From contig CAIUXU010000189.1 in NCBI GenBank assembly GCA_903903205.1, positions 1 through 38,094 of the forward strand: DNA of 38,094 nucleotides, written 5' to 3'. The notes beneath the pieces were generated by a model. It saw nothing but the letters and a program-made list of their open reading frames with translations, ran no database searches and was not told the DNA's origin. The position numbers and the translations under genes are program-made. Of this stretch, positions 27,163-34,763 are shown piece after piece; within the stretch, counting starts at the first letter, position 1, and the number at the start of each line of letters is the position of its first letter. The DNA comes from an uncultured Syntrophobacterales bacterium (GTDB taxonomy: Bacteria; Desulfobacterota; Syntrophia; Syntrophales; UBA5619).

Positions 27163-29097
27163 ATGCCAAAAATGAGTAAATACCCAGCGGTTACGGCCCC
27201 CGCGGAGTCGGACGTTTTTGTGGTCGACCAGGGCGGGGTTACAAAGAAGATCACGTACGCGCAGATCAGGACGGGCGTCGCCATGAACAACGGCATCAAC
27301 CGGATCGGCGTTCCCGGTGAGTGTGGATTCGGTGTCGGGATCTGTCCAGAGACAAACCTGCCGCCTGGGATGACGCCGATGTTCGGCTGCTACCAGCTCG
27401 GCCATGTGAATTATGGAAATTATACGTTTTCCGACGGTTCGATCATGGTCTATGTGCCGAAATTCTTCTATCGGCTGCACTCCTGGGCCACGTCCGCCGC
27501 AAAACAGTTCACCGCCGCCAAATCGGGTGCAGGCGGCCCGACACAGATTGATCTGCCGGCGCATGGTCTGATCAATGGCGACAAAATTTATATCTTTAAT
27601 GTCGCGGGGACTGGCTGGACCGTCCTGAATGGCCTGGTCCATACCATCACGGTAGCGGCAGACCCGAATTCGTTCACGATCCCGATTGATTCCAGCGGGT
27701 ATGCCGGAGCGACAGCGTCCACAGGCGAGTGCTGCCGGGGGTTCGGCGCGGATTTCGACTTCAATAAAAACCTGCTCACACACAACAAAAACTCCATCGC
27801 CATTCGCGGAACGGAAACCTTTGCCAACGAGGCTGCGGCGAACGTGGGCGGCTATGCCATGCACCGGGCCTTTTGGGATGGCGGCGTCTCGCAACCCGGT
27901 TTCTTTTTCGACAAGTACAAATGTAGCAAGAATGCCCTCGGGTCGGGGTTTGTCGCCTCCTCGCTTCCAAACGGCAAACCGCTGAGCATGTCTGCCGCAC
28001 ACAATCCTTTCACAGATCTGACGGGCGGCGCAAATTACTACTACTCCACAATCGATCTCGCCCATCGCCGTGATGGCGTCAACGGAAACGTCAACGCCAA
28101 TTCGATTTTCCATGAGCGGTCTCAGTTCCAGGGCGCGGCGCTGGCGATGCTTGCCATGGCTCATGGGCAGTATTCGCAAAACGATACCTGGTGCGCCTGG
28201 TACTCTGCTACAACAAACTTCCCAAAGGGCTGCAACAGTGCCGCTCTCGGAGACACGGACGATACGTTGGTCAAATATGCAAGTGATGGTTACAGCAACT
28301 GTGGACGTACCGGGTCAGGTGTGGCTTTCGCCAAGACGACTCACAACGGCCAAGCGTGCGGGATCGCAGACCTGAATGGTTTGATGTATGAGCCGAGCAT
28401 CGGGATAACCTGCATTGCTTCCACGCTGACGATCACGGGTGTCAGCGCCGCCAACCCATGCGAAATTACAACCTCAGCGAATCACGGGCTGACGACGGGA
28501 GATTTTGTCCAGGTTCTCGCAATCGCTGCGGGAACGCTTGCAACCGCCGTTAATAACGACATGTGGAGCGTTTCCACCACTGCCGATCCGAAGAAATTCA
28601 CCATAGTCCTTGACTCAAGTGCGTTAAGCGCATGGGCGTCGGGCGGGACAGCTACCAAAGGGATTTTTTACGCGGCCAAGAAGGCGACCGCCATGAAGTC
28701 GTTCACAGGCGGCAACACGATAGCTACCGATCACTGTGGCGCCACAGGTGTGGCGGCGATGATGGACATTTTTGCCCCTCCGTTCAAATCGGGGTTTGGG
28801 TTTGGGATGCGGTTCGGTTCCGGCGTCAACCAAGTTCTTTCTGAGGCGCTTTCTGGCGCGGGATGGAATCTGACAGGGCTTGGCTTTCCTGTCAATGGCG
28901 CTGCCGTGGATGCTACCGGGACAAACCTGTTCGGTAAGGATTCTTTTTATCAGTATATCCAGAACGAGATGTTTCTGTTCGCGTGCTACAGTTGGAGCAA
29001 CTACTCGGCTGCGGGGGTTTGGTACGCCAATTTCTACAGTTCGCGGGGCAGCTCCGGCGACTATGTGGGTTTGCGGGTGGCCTGTTACCCCATTTAG
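27163..29097 (+). CDS. Receptor-binding protein with a CLec/FGE-type fold and DGR-like variable C-terminus
   Basis: MVYVPKFFYR, HRAFWDGG..GFFFDKY and GIADLNGLMYE motifs; terminal SWSNYSAAGVWYANFYSSRGSSGDYVGLRVA. Confidence 0.85.
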   Translation: MPKMSKYPAVTAPAESDVFVVDQGGVTKKITYAQIRTGVAMNNGINRIGVPGECGFGVGICPETNLPPGMTPMFGCYQLGHVNYGNYTFSDGSIMVYVPKFFYRLHSWATSAAKQFTAAKSGAGGPTQIDLPAHGLINGDKIYIFNVAGTGWTVLNGLVHTITVAADPNSFTIPIDSSGYAGATASTGECCRGFGADFDFNKNLLTHNKNSIAIRGTETFANEAAANVGGYAMHRAFWDGGVSQPGFFFDKYKCSKNALGSGFVASSLPNGKPLSMSAAHNPFTDLTGGANYYYSTIDLAHRRDGVNGNVNANSIFHERSQFQGAALAMLAMAHGQYSQNDTWCAWYSATTNFPKGCNSAALGDTDDTLVKYASDGYSNCGRTGSGVAFAKTTHNGQACGIADLNGLMYEPSIGITCIASTLTITGVSAANPCEITTSANHGLTTGDFVQVLAIAAGTLATAVNNDMWSVSTTADPKKFTIVLDSSALSAWASGGTATKGIFYAAKKATAMKSFTGGNTIATDHCGATGVAAMMDIFAPPFKSGFGFGMRFGSGVNQVLSEALSGAGWNLTGLGFPVNGAAVDATGTNLFGKDSFYQYIQNEMFLFACYSWSNYSAAGVWYANFYSSRGSSGDYVGLRVACYPI

Positions 29098-29111
29098 CCT
29101 AAGCGATAGCG
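28963..29111 (+). other. Putative DGR variable repeat (VR) with its 3' flank
   Basis: Variable positions are all NNY codons; scaffold codons are A-free; no A-ending codon from 28924 to the stop. Confidence 0.7.
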
Positions 29112-29158
29112 ATTTCTTGGAGAAAAGTTGATGGGAATCTTGAAGGAGGGGATTGAAA

Positions 29159-29572
29159 ATGGCCAGAATCTGCAAGTACCGGAAGTTTACCGACGCTGTA
29201 ACGACACACTGCCTGCTTGAACCGGACTATGGGCGGGAGGGCAGTGAGGAGAGAATCACGGAACTGTGTACCATCGACGGCGATACCTATGTCAGCGTGC
29301 CAGACAGCATCATCCTGCCGCCGCAGCCGGAACAGATCACGGTGGAGGAGGTCACGTTGACCGACGACCTGGCTGCCGCAATCAAGGCTGCCTCCCCCCA
29401 CGTCGCCCTGATCAACCAGCGCGTCGTGGATCGTATCCGAGAGCGATACTCCGTCAACGACGAGATCAAGATGCTCCGGATCGGCCCGAGTACAGAAACC
29501 GGAGCATATAACGATTGGGTCGAGGAGTGCCGGACGTGGGGCAGGGTGGAGAAGGAAGGATTGGGACTGTAA
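29159..29572 (+). CDS. Tail fibre accessory/chaperone-like protein
   Basis: AGGAGG RBS at ATG 29159; follows the receptor-binding gene; RIRERYS..DEI motif. Confidence 0.65.
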   Translation: MARICKYRKFTDAVTTHCLLEPDYGREGSEERITELCTIDGDTYVSVPDSIILPPQPEQITVEEVTLTDDLAAAIKAASPHVALINQRVVDRIRERYSVNDEIKMLRIGPSTETGAYNDWVEECRTWGRVEKEGLGL

Positions 29573-29585
29573 ATACCCGTAAATA

Positions 29586-29623
29586 CCCACAACAAGGCTT
29601 CCTGGTGGAAGTCTTGTTGTGGG
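29586..29623. terminator. 17-bp hairpin ending the late operon
   Basis: CCCACAACAAGGCTTCC-TGGT-GGAAGTCTTGTTGTGGG (one G:U pair); weak U-tract. Confidence 0.7.
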
Positions 29624-29652
29624 ATTAACAGTCCGGCAAGGATTCTCCCGCT

Positions 29653-29766
29653 GTAGTCACTTCGTAGTCACCGATCTATTAGGAGCCTGCGGGAGTATGT
29701 CGCTATCAGGGATCATGAGGATCGGGCGAGGATGGAGAGAGGGAAAATGTAGCGACTTGTAGCGAC
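29653..29766. promoter_or_regulatory. Candidate integrase arm-type sites of attP
   Basis: GTAGTCAC x2 (29653, 29664) and TGTAGCGAC x2 (29748, 29758); a related TGTAGAGAC at 29931 lies on the other side of the core. Confidence 0.55.
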
Positions 29767-29767
29767 C

Positions 29768-29798
29768 AAAGAAAAAGGGCCTCCTTGGGAAACCCTTT
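29768..29798 (-). terminator. Terminator for the reconstituted tRNA
   Basis: Minus strand AAAGGGTTTCC-CAA-GGAGGCCCTTT then TTCTTT, just 3' of the CCA. Confidence 0.7.
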
Positions 29799-29802
29799 GT
29801 GG

Positions 29803-29850
29803 TGGTGGGTCGTGCGGGAATCGGACCCGCGACCAACGGATTAAAAGTCC
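29803..29850 (-). mobile_element. attP core = 3' half of tRNA-Lys(UUU), from anticodon loop to CCA
   Basis: Minus strand GGACTTTTAATCCGTTGGTCGCGGGTCCGATTCCCGCACGACCCACCA; no 5' half; 18 bp from the integrase stop. Confidence 0.88.
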
Positions 29851-29868
29851 AGTCTTATATTCCTAATA

Positions 29869-31020
29869 TTAAATAGTTCCACGTTTTTCGGTAGAGTCAG
29901 ACCCGGGAACCCGCGTCAATGCTGGGTTTGTGTAGAGACCGCCGTCCGTAATTAATTGTTGAGCGCGCCTTAAATCTCCCATCGAGACGTGCGAATACCA
30001 CTGTGTCGTGGAAATCTGAGAGTGGCCGAGGAACTTTTGGATGATAGAAACATTAACGTCGGAGCCCATCAAATGTGAGGCGATACTGTGCCTGAAAAGG
30101 TGTGGCGTCACTTTCTTGGTCACGCCTGCCCGCTTGCATGTTCGAGCAATCGCCGCCCTTACATCCCCTACTGGAGCCCCTGAGCGCTTCAACGCGAACA
30201 GATAAGCGCCAGCCTCCATCGGCCACAGCTCAACCAGATCCTTGACCGCCTCCACTACCTGCTCACTCAGCGGCAGTGTCTTCTCACTCCCGCCCTTCTG
30301 CCGTACCCGTACCGTGCGACTTGCAAAATCGAAATCCTCCACACGAAGCAAGCGAACCTCATTCACCCTGAACCCGAGCGCATAAAGGCAAAGGAAAAAT
30401 GCCCGGTAGAATGGTTCGCGCTCCGCAGCCTGCATGATCGCGGCGACCTCTGCCGCCGAAAGGATGGTCGGCAGCGGTCGCTTGCTGGGCAGTTTTTCGT
30501 AGTCGATTCGCGCGATATCTATTTTCTTTTCTCGCCGCAGGTATTTCAGAAACCCACCAAAATAGTCCAGTTCTTTATTAATTGTACGGTTTTTTACCGT
30601 TTCCATCCCCGTCCTGGCTTGCTGATATATAGTCATGTGTTCAGCGGATATATCCCGGACCTGATAACTGCCCAGGATCTTCTGAAATGTCTTTTCCCAT
30701 GACAACGATACATCCTTGTAACTGGTAGGCGCACGGTGGAGTTTATACCACGACAGATAATCCGGAAACAGGTCCGCAACCGTCGCACCGTGCATATCTA
30801 CCGCCATCGTAGATTTTCGGGCCTTAAATGTTGCCTCTGCCTTTTTTGCCGCCTCCGGGCTGATCCCCTCGGGCAGCGTGAAAAGCTTGCGCCCTCCGGC
30901 TCTGCCGCTTGGCCAGTAGTCGATGCCATAACGCATGGCGGTAGAACCGCAGGCCGGGCAAGTGGTCGCTTGCTGAGGGACACGATGTCGGCATTTCGCG
31001 CATTTGGTGGTTAAGGCCAT
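29869..31020 (-). CDS. int: Tyrosine integrase with an N-terminal zinc ribbon
   Basis: GFRVNE, KGG, HLFRH, LGHSQISTTQWY catalytic set; CAKC/CPAC at the N-terminus. Confidence 0.95.
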   Translation of the reverse strand: MALTTKCAKCRHRVPQQATTCPACGSTAMRYGIDYWPSGRAGGRKLFTLPEGISPEAAKKAEATFKARKSTMAVDMHGATVADLFPDYLSWYKLHRAPTSYKDVSLSWEKTFQKILGSYQVRDISAEHMTIYQQARTGMETVKNRTINKELDYFGGFLKYLRREKKIDIARIDYEKLPSKRPLPTILSAAEVAAIMQAAEREPFYRAFFLCLYALGFRVNEVRLLRVEDFDFASRTVRVRQKGGSEKTLPLSEQVVEAVKDLVELWPMEAGAYLFALKRSGAPVGDVRAAIARTCKRAGVTKKVTPHLFRHSIASHLMGSDVNVSIIQKFLGHSQISTTQWYSHVSMGDLRRAQQLITDGGLYTNPALTRVPGSDSTEKRGTI

Positions 31021-31050
31021 AGTTTCAAAGTCCAGGCAATTAATTAAACG

Positions 31051-31653
31051 TTAAATAATAACCGTGTCTGCCGGTAATGTGGCATAATGCTTGCAGTGTG
31101 TGTGTGTGTGTGTGTGTGCATTCATCTCCTGGGTGAGCTGTTCGTATTTTTCCGCGTCAACCATTTGTTCTAGCGCGGCTTTCGCTCGCACGAGCGACCA
31201 TTCGGCATCCGCTAAAAGAGATAGGGTCTCCCTTATTTCCGTGTCGTCTGCCGATCGGTCGCGGAAAAACGCGATAAATACGCCACCCACCATATACAGA
31301 TCCGTGTAATACTGGATGACGCACTCCACGGCCAAATTTTTGCCGTTGCTTCTCCGGTGGACGTTTATAAATCGCCCCTGCCCCGTGTTGCGAATCCGGG
31401 CGAAATCAGTTTGGAGCAGCACCTCGAACGTGCGTAGCGGTCGGCCGATAACAGCGGCCCGATCATACCCGCTCATGATTAGATAGGCGGGGTTGCACTC
31501 AATGACATTTCCGTCCAGATCGATCTCCATATATCCGTCCGCGCAGCGGAACAGGATTGCAGCCCGCACGGCTGCCAGATTGGCCGTGATCTGGTTCCCG
31601 ATGGCCATGTCTCGATATGGCTTGAAATCAACGAGTTTCCCCGTTTTGAACAT
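31051..31653 (-). CDS. Stand-alone PAS-domain protein (start uncertain: 31653 or 31698)
   Basis: ADGYMEIDLDGNVIECNPAYLIMSGYDRAAVIGR...HRRSNGKNLAVE...FIAFFRD is a full PAS+PAC pattern, followed by a coiled coil; no kinase or HTH output domain. Confidence 0.8.
   Translation of the reverse strand: MFKTGKLVDFKPYRDMAIGNQITANLAAVRAAILFRCADGYMEIDLDGNVIECNPAYLIMSGYDRAAVIGRPLRTFEVLLQTDFARIRNTGQGRFINVHRRSNGKNLAVECVIQYYTDLYMVGGVFIAFFRDRSADDTEIRETLSLLADAEWSLVRAKAALEQMVDAEKYEQLTQEMNAHTHTHTHCKHYATLPADTVII
31096..31118. repeat. Perfect dinucleotide microsatellite G(TG)11
   Basis: Directly visible; encodes HTHTHTH in the PAS ORF. Confidence 0.95.
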
Positions 31654-31766
31654 CCCCACGCCTGTTCTGCTGTAAAATTGCCCCGTCCCATTCACCATGC
31701 CGTGGGGTCCATAGTGGATGGGGTACAGATCGAAATCGCGTCCAGATTCTGGAGCTGGTGTTGATA

Positions 31767-32192
31767 TCACATCGAGACGCGGTGTTGTTCCTGCGATTCG
31801 TTGACCTCGGACACCACGATCGGCCTGGGAAGTGCCGAAAGCCGTGCGTTTTCTTTCTCTAAAAGTGCGATGGTTTTTGCTTGCGATTCTATTGTGTCCT
31901 CTTGTGAGGCACATATCTTTTTGTACATCACCAATTCGTCGTCCCTCCGTTCGGTAATTTTTCCGAACCGCTGAGCTTCGGCGGGTTCGTCATACAACAT
32001 CGTGATGGGAATATGAAAATAATCGGCAACCTTTTTTCGAGTCTCGTAAGTGAAGTTTTTTTTTGAATATAAAATATCCTGGATTCCGCCCTGGCTGATA
32101 CCTATTTTCTTCGCCAGGCCCATCTGCGTAAGCCCTTTGCTCAATTCATTTTTTACGAGTTCAACCATTTTTTCCATGATTCTTCTATACAC
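31767..32192 (-). CDS. CI-like repressor (Xre HTH + coiled coil, no S24 peptidase)
   Basis: GLTQMGLAKKIGISQGGIQDIL..KKVADYFHIPI; divergent from the cro-like gene; start may be ATG 32177. Confidence 0.8.
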   Translation of the reverse strand: MYRRIMEKMVELVKNELSKGLTQMGLAKKIGISQGGIQDILYSKKNFTYETRKKVADYFHIPITMLYDEPAEAQRFGKITERRDDELVMYKKICASQEDTIESQAKTIALLEKENARLSALPRPIVVSEVNESQEQHRVSM

Positions 32193-32264
32193 CGTAATAT
32201 TTTTCTTGCAATTTAAAATTTCTGCGGTATTATTCTACCCCAATGCTCGAACAAGGAAGGGACA
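32193..32264. promoter_or_regulatory. Divergent immunity switch region
   Basis: AT-rich; TTGCAA (32206) with TATTAT (32228) on +; imperfect inverted repeat ACCGTAATATTTT / AAAATTTCTGCGGT. Confidence 0.6.
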
Positions 32265-32528
32265 ATGCAAAGATTCAGCCGAAACTCGATTAAAGTGCTC
32301 AGGGCATCCAAGGGGATGAGCCTGAAGGATTTCGCGGAAAGCGTTGGTGGCAATGTAACACGACAGTTAGTATCTCAATGGGAAAACGGAACGCAGGTGC
32401 CATCCGTACTTTCTCTATTGAAGATCGTGAACGCCCATAAGGTCCCGTTCGATATTTTTTTTGAGTCTGATAAAAACAGCAGTGGTTTTTGTGCAGGTAA
32501 ACAACCATCCCCAGGAGGCCCAACATGA
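32265..32528 (+). CDS. Cro-like Xre HTH regulator
   Basis: IKVLRASKGMSLKDFAESVG..TRQLVSQWENGTQVPS. Confidence 0.85.
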   Translation: MQRFSRNSIKVLRASKGMSLKDFAESVGGNVTRQLVSQWENGTQVPSVLSLLKIVNAHKVPFDIFFESDKNSSGFCAGKQPSPGGPT

Positions 32529-32737
32529 TGCAATTTAATACGCCCATCACCATCGCGGAAATAGACAAACTGGATGAGACGTTCACATTCAGACTCCCCG
32601 AGGCGACGAAAAAACAAGTGGATAAGCTCTCCTCGCAGCAGAAAAAAAAGCTGTCAATGTCGTTATTGTTGACCACTGCCGAGATCCTCCACGAGGCTAC
32701 TTTTGATGCGCGGAAGTATTTAAGCACTGCGGATTAA
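32525..32737 (+). CDS. Small regulator in the CII position (RHH-like start)
   Basis: GGAGG RBS; TFTFRLPEATKKQVDKL. Confidence 0.6.
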   Translation: MMQFNTPITIAEIDKLDETFTFRLPEATKKQVDKLSSQQKKKLSMSLLLTTAEILHEATFDARKYLSTAD

Positions 32738-32785
32738 TTGTAGCAACGAGAACAATGTCCACTTAGTTTTTGATGGGGGCTCTCC

Positions 32786-33136
32786 ATGAACGAACGCGAC
32801 GAAATTCAAGCACTTAAAGACAGAATCGAACGCCTTGAACACTGTATAGTTTTTGGCAAACCACCGGATATTGCCGACCAGATGCTTTGTGACGCGATCG
32901 AGCGGGGAGATCGAAAAACCGTCGCGTTATGGGCCGCATCACAGACGCCCAACAGCCTTCTTCCACCGGAGCTGGAGGACAACCCAGTGACCAGAGTACA
33001 GGTCGCGAAACGTGGAAATCTTGACAGACACCGGAGAACGTCAAGACCCGGACCGAGCGGGAACGCCTACGCCAACGCACAGCGCATGGGAGCCTCGGGA
33101 ACCGATCGCACCGGCAGCACGGCGACAAACTGCTGA
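32786..33136 (+). CDS. Hypothetical early protein
   Basis: GGGG RBS; co-oriented early operon. Confidence 0.55.
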   Translation: MNERDEIQALKDRIERLEHCIVFGKPPDIADQMLCDAIERGDRKTVALWAASQTPNSLLPPELEDNPVTRVQVAKRGNLDRHRRTSRPGPSGNAYANAQRMGASGTDRTGSTATNC

Positions 33137-33271
33137 GCAATCGTACGGCGAGACAGCCGGAGAGACGGCAGGCGGGTTCCTGGAGTAGCCGATTGAAACC
33201 AGGGGGCGAAAACTTCTCTGGAAGGCTGGGGTGTAAACCAACCGCCCCAGCCAACCTTAAAGGAGGATGAC

Positions 33272-33448
33272 ATGAAAGAGGCAAGGCAAGCAATTCTACA
33301 AGGGATGGACGACCCAAAGCAGGCCGCGACGGATATCGCTTTTGTGTGCGTCCTGTTATCGCTGATCCTCGGGTTTTGTTCATGGTACGCAGTCCCGATT
33401 CCGCCGCCTACAAACCTGATCCCCGAACCACCGGAGGCGAAGCAGTGA
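33272..33448 (+). CDS. 58-aa membrane protein
   Basis: AAGGAGG RBS; IAFVCVLLSLILGFCSWYAV TM; GTGA overlap with the next gene. Confidence 0.6.
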   Translation: MKEARQAILQGMDDPKQAATDIAFVCVLLSLILGFCSWYAVPIPPPTNLIPEPPEAKQ

Positions 33449-33639
33449 ACCATTCCTGGAAAGATGGCGTCACTGTTTCCGACGAACCGTACCGCCTCCG
33501 TCAAAACCGCGGCGTGGTCGGCCATATTCAGTCCGCCAACTTCATAACCAACGAGGTCACTGTCTTCGATGATTCGTCCATCGTGTATTGGCACGGAACC
33601 TCGCAGGAATTCGACTACTATTGGGAGGAATGCTTGTGA
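33445..33639 (+). CDS. Hypothetical protein
   Basis: GGAGG RBS, GTG start coupled to the upstream stop. Confidence 0.55.
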   Translation: MNHSWKDGVTVSDEPYRLRQNRGVVGHIQSANFITNEVTVFDDSSIVYWHGTSQEFDYYWEECL

Positions 33640-33854
33640 TGAAACGCCGCTGGCTGTTTGTTGTCGAAACCGACCAGGGCGTCGGATACCTCCTCGAAAC
33701 AGGCGGAATGGTACGCTTCCCAGATGAAGCCACAGAATGGGTCGGCACAAGCCCCGCAGCGGACATAGAAGCGAAACGCCGGATGGATGCCTACGACCAG
33801 TTGACCGGCGGCTATGTGAACCGGATCATCTATGAATCAAAAGGGAGGGCATAA
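33639..33854 (+). CDS. Hypothetical protein
   Basis: GGAGG RBS; TGATG coupling. Confidence 0.6.
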   Translation: MKRRWLFVVETDQGVGYLLETGGMVRFPDEATEWVGTSPAADIEAKRRMDAYDQLTGGYVNRIIYESKGRA

Positions 33855-33856
33855 CC

Positions 33857-34228
33857 ATGATCGGCCTGACAACACATCCCGGAAAATATGAAGAGGTCGG
33901 CGCGGAGATCGGCCGCCTGGTGGACAAAAAGCAGCAGGCATACGGGCGATCCTTTGAGACCTGCGAAAAGGCGCTGGCGCTTTTATGCCCGGACAAGCTA
34001 CGCGCCGATCAGTACGGCCTGGCCCTGGCCTTCGCCCGTTCCTGGGACAAATGGAGCCGCCTCTTCTCCGACCCCACCGCCTTCGGCGAAGAGCCCAAAA
34101 AAGACCTCGCCGGATATGCCCTTTTGATGAATGGCGATTTGGAAGTTGACCCCCCCGGGGGGGTATGTTGCAAACCTTCAGTCGATTCAAAGAAAGAATT
34201 TCTCGAACCCTTTAAGGAGGTCAACTAA
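33857..34228 (+). CDS. DUF1599 / nucleotide-modification-associated (MazG-like) domain protein
   Basis: LVDKKQQAYGRSF...DKWSRL...EEPKKDLAGYALL. Confidence 0.65.
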   Translation: MIGLTTHPGKYEEVGAEIGRLVDKKQQAYGRSFETCEKALALLCPDKLRADQYGLALAFARSWDKWSRLFSDPTAFGEEPKKDLAGYALLMNGDLEVDPPGGVCCKPSVDSKKEFLEPFKEVN

Positions 34229-34683
34229 TGGAAACAAGACAATTCAATCTTTCTTTTCATGGCAGCCGAACCCTAAAGGACGAACGCATCCGAATCATTA
34301 TCCTGGAAGAAATCGAAAAACACAAACCATCCACAATCGTTACCCATGCAGAACCCGAGGGAGTTTGTGAAATGGCAAGGCAAATTGCCAGGGAAAAAGC
34401 GATTCCGCTCAAAGTGCATTTCTTGAATTTCAAATTCCTTCGCGGCGCCTTCGAGCACAGAAGCAAAGATGTTCTGAATGATTGCAATTTTAGCGTATTT
34501 ATTCACGACGGGAAAAGCAAGGGCACATCGAACGAGATAAAACTGGCCGAGAAAATGGGGATTGATCATCAATGTTACCTCTTGGATCAGACAAAATATA
34601 AGAGCAGCGTCGGTTTCGAGATCGACACCGCTTGGGATATTGAACCATTCGAAACAATGGAGCTCATGGATATAGATGTTTGA
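34228..34683 (+). CDS. SLOG (YspA/DUF2493-like) protein
   Basis: FHGSRT...IVTHAEPEGVCEMA...FIHDGKSKGTSNEIKLAEKMGI. Confidence 0.7.
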   Translation: METRQFNLSFHGSRTLKDERIRIIILEEIEKHKPSTIVTHAEPEGVCEMARQIAREKAIPLKVHFLNFKFLRGAFEHRSKDVLNDCNFSVFIHDGKSKGTSNEIKLAEKMGIDHQCYLLDQTKYKSSVGFEIDTAWDIEPFETMELMDIDV

Positions 34684-34763
34684 AATTCAAAGCGCCTGAC
34701 CATGCGAAAGGTTATTGATTTTCAACTGAAACATCTTTGTCGAAAGACCAAAGAGGAAAAGCC

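Noticed and set aside
29803..29880. Complete tRNA-Lys gene
   Set aside because: Acceptor 5' strand and D-arm are absent; only the att-type 3' half is present.
31021..31118. Microsatellite-driven PAS-integrase fusion
   Set aside because: All three frames stop before the integrase ATG, so slippage alone cannot fuse them.
31654..31914. 287-aa version of the PAS ORF
   Set aside because: Would overlap the repressor gene by about 150 bp with non-protein-like sequence.
34149..34164. Perfect palindrome ACCCCCCCGGGGGGGT as a cos or regulatory site
   Set aside because: Inside a CDS, far from terS, with no supporting context.
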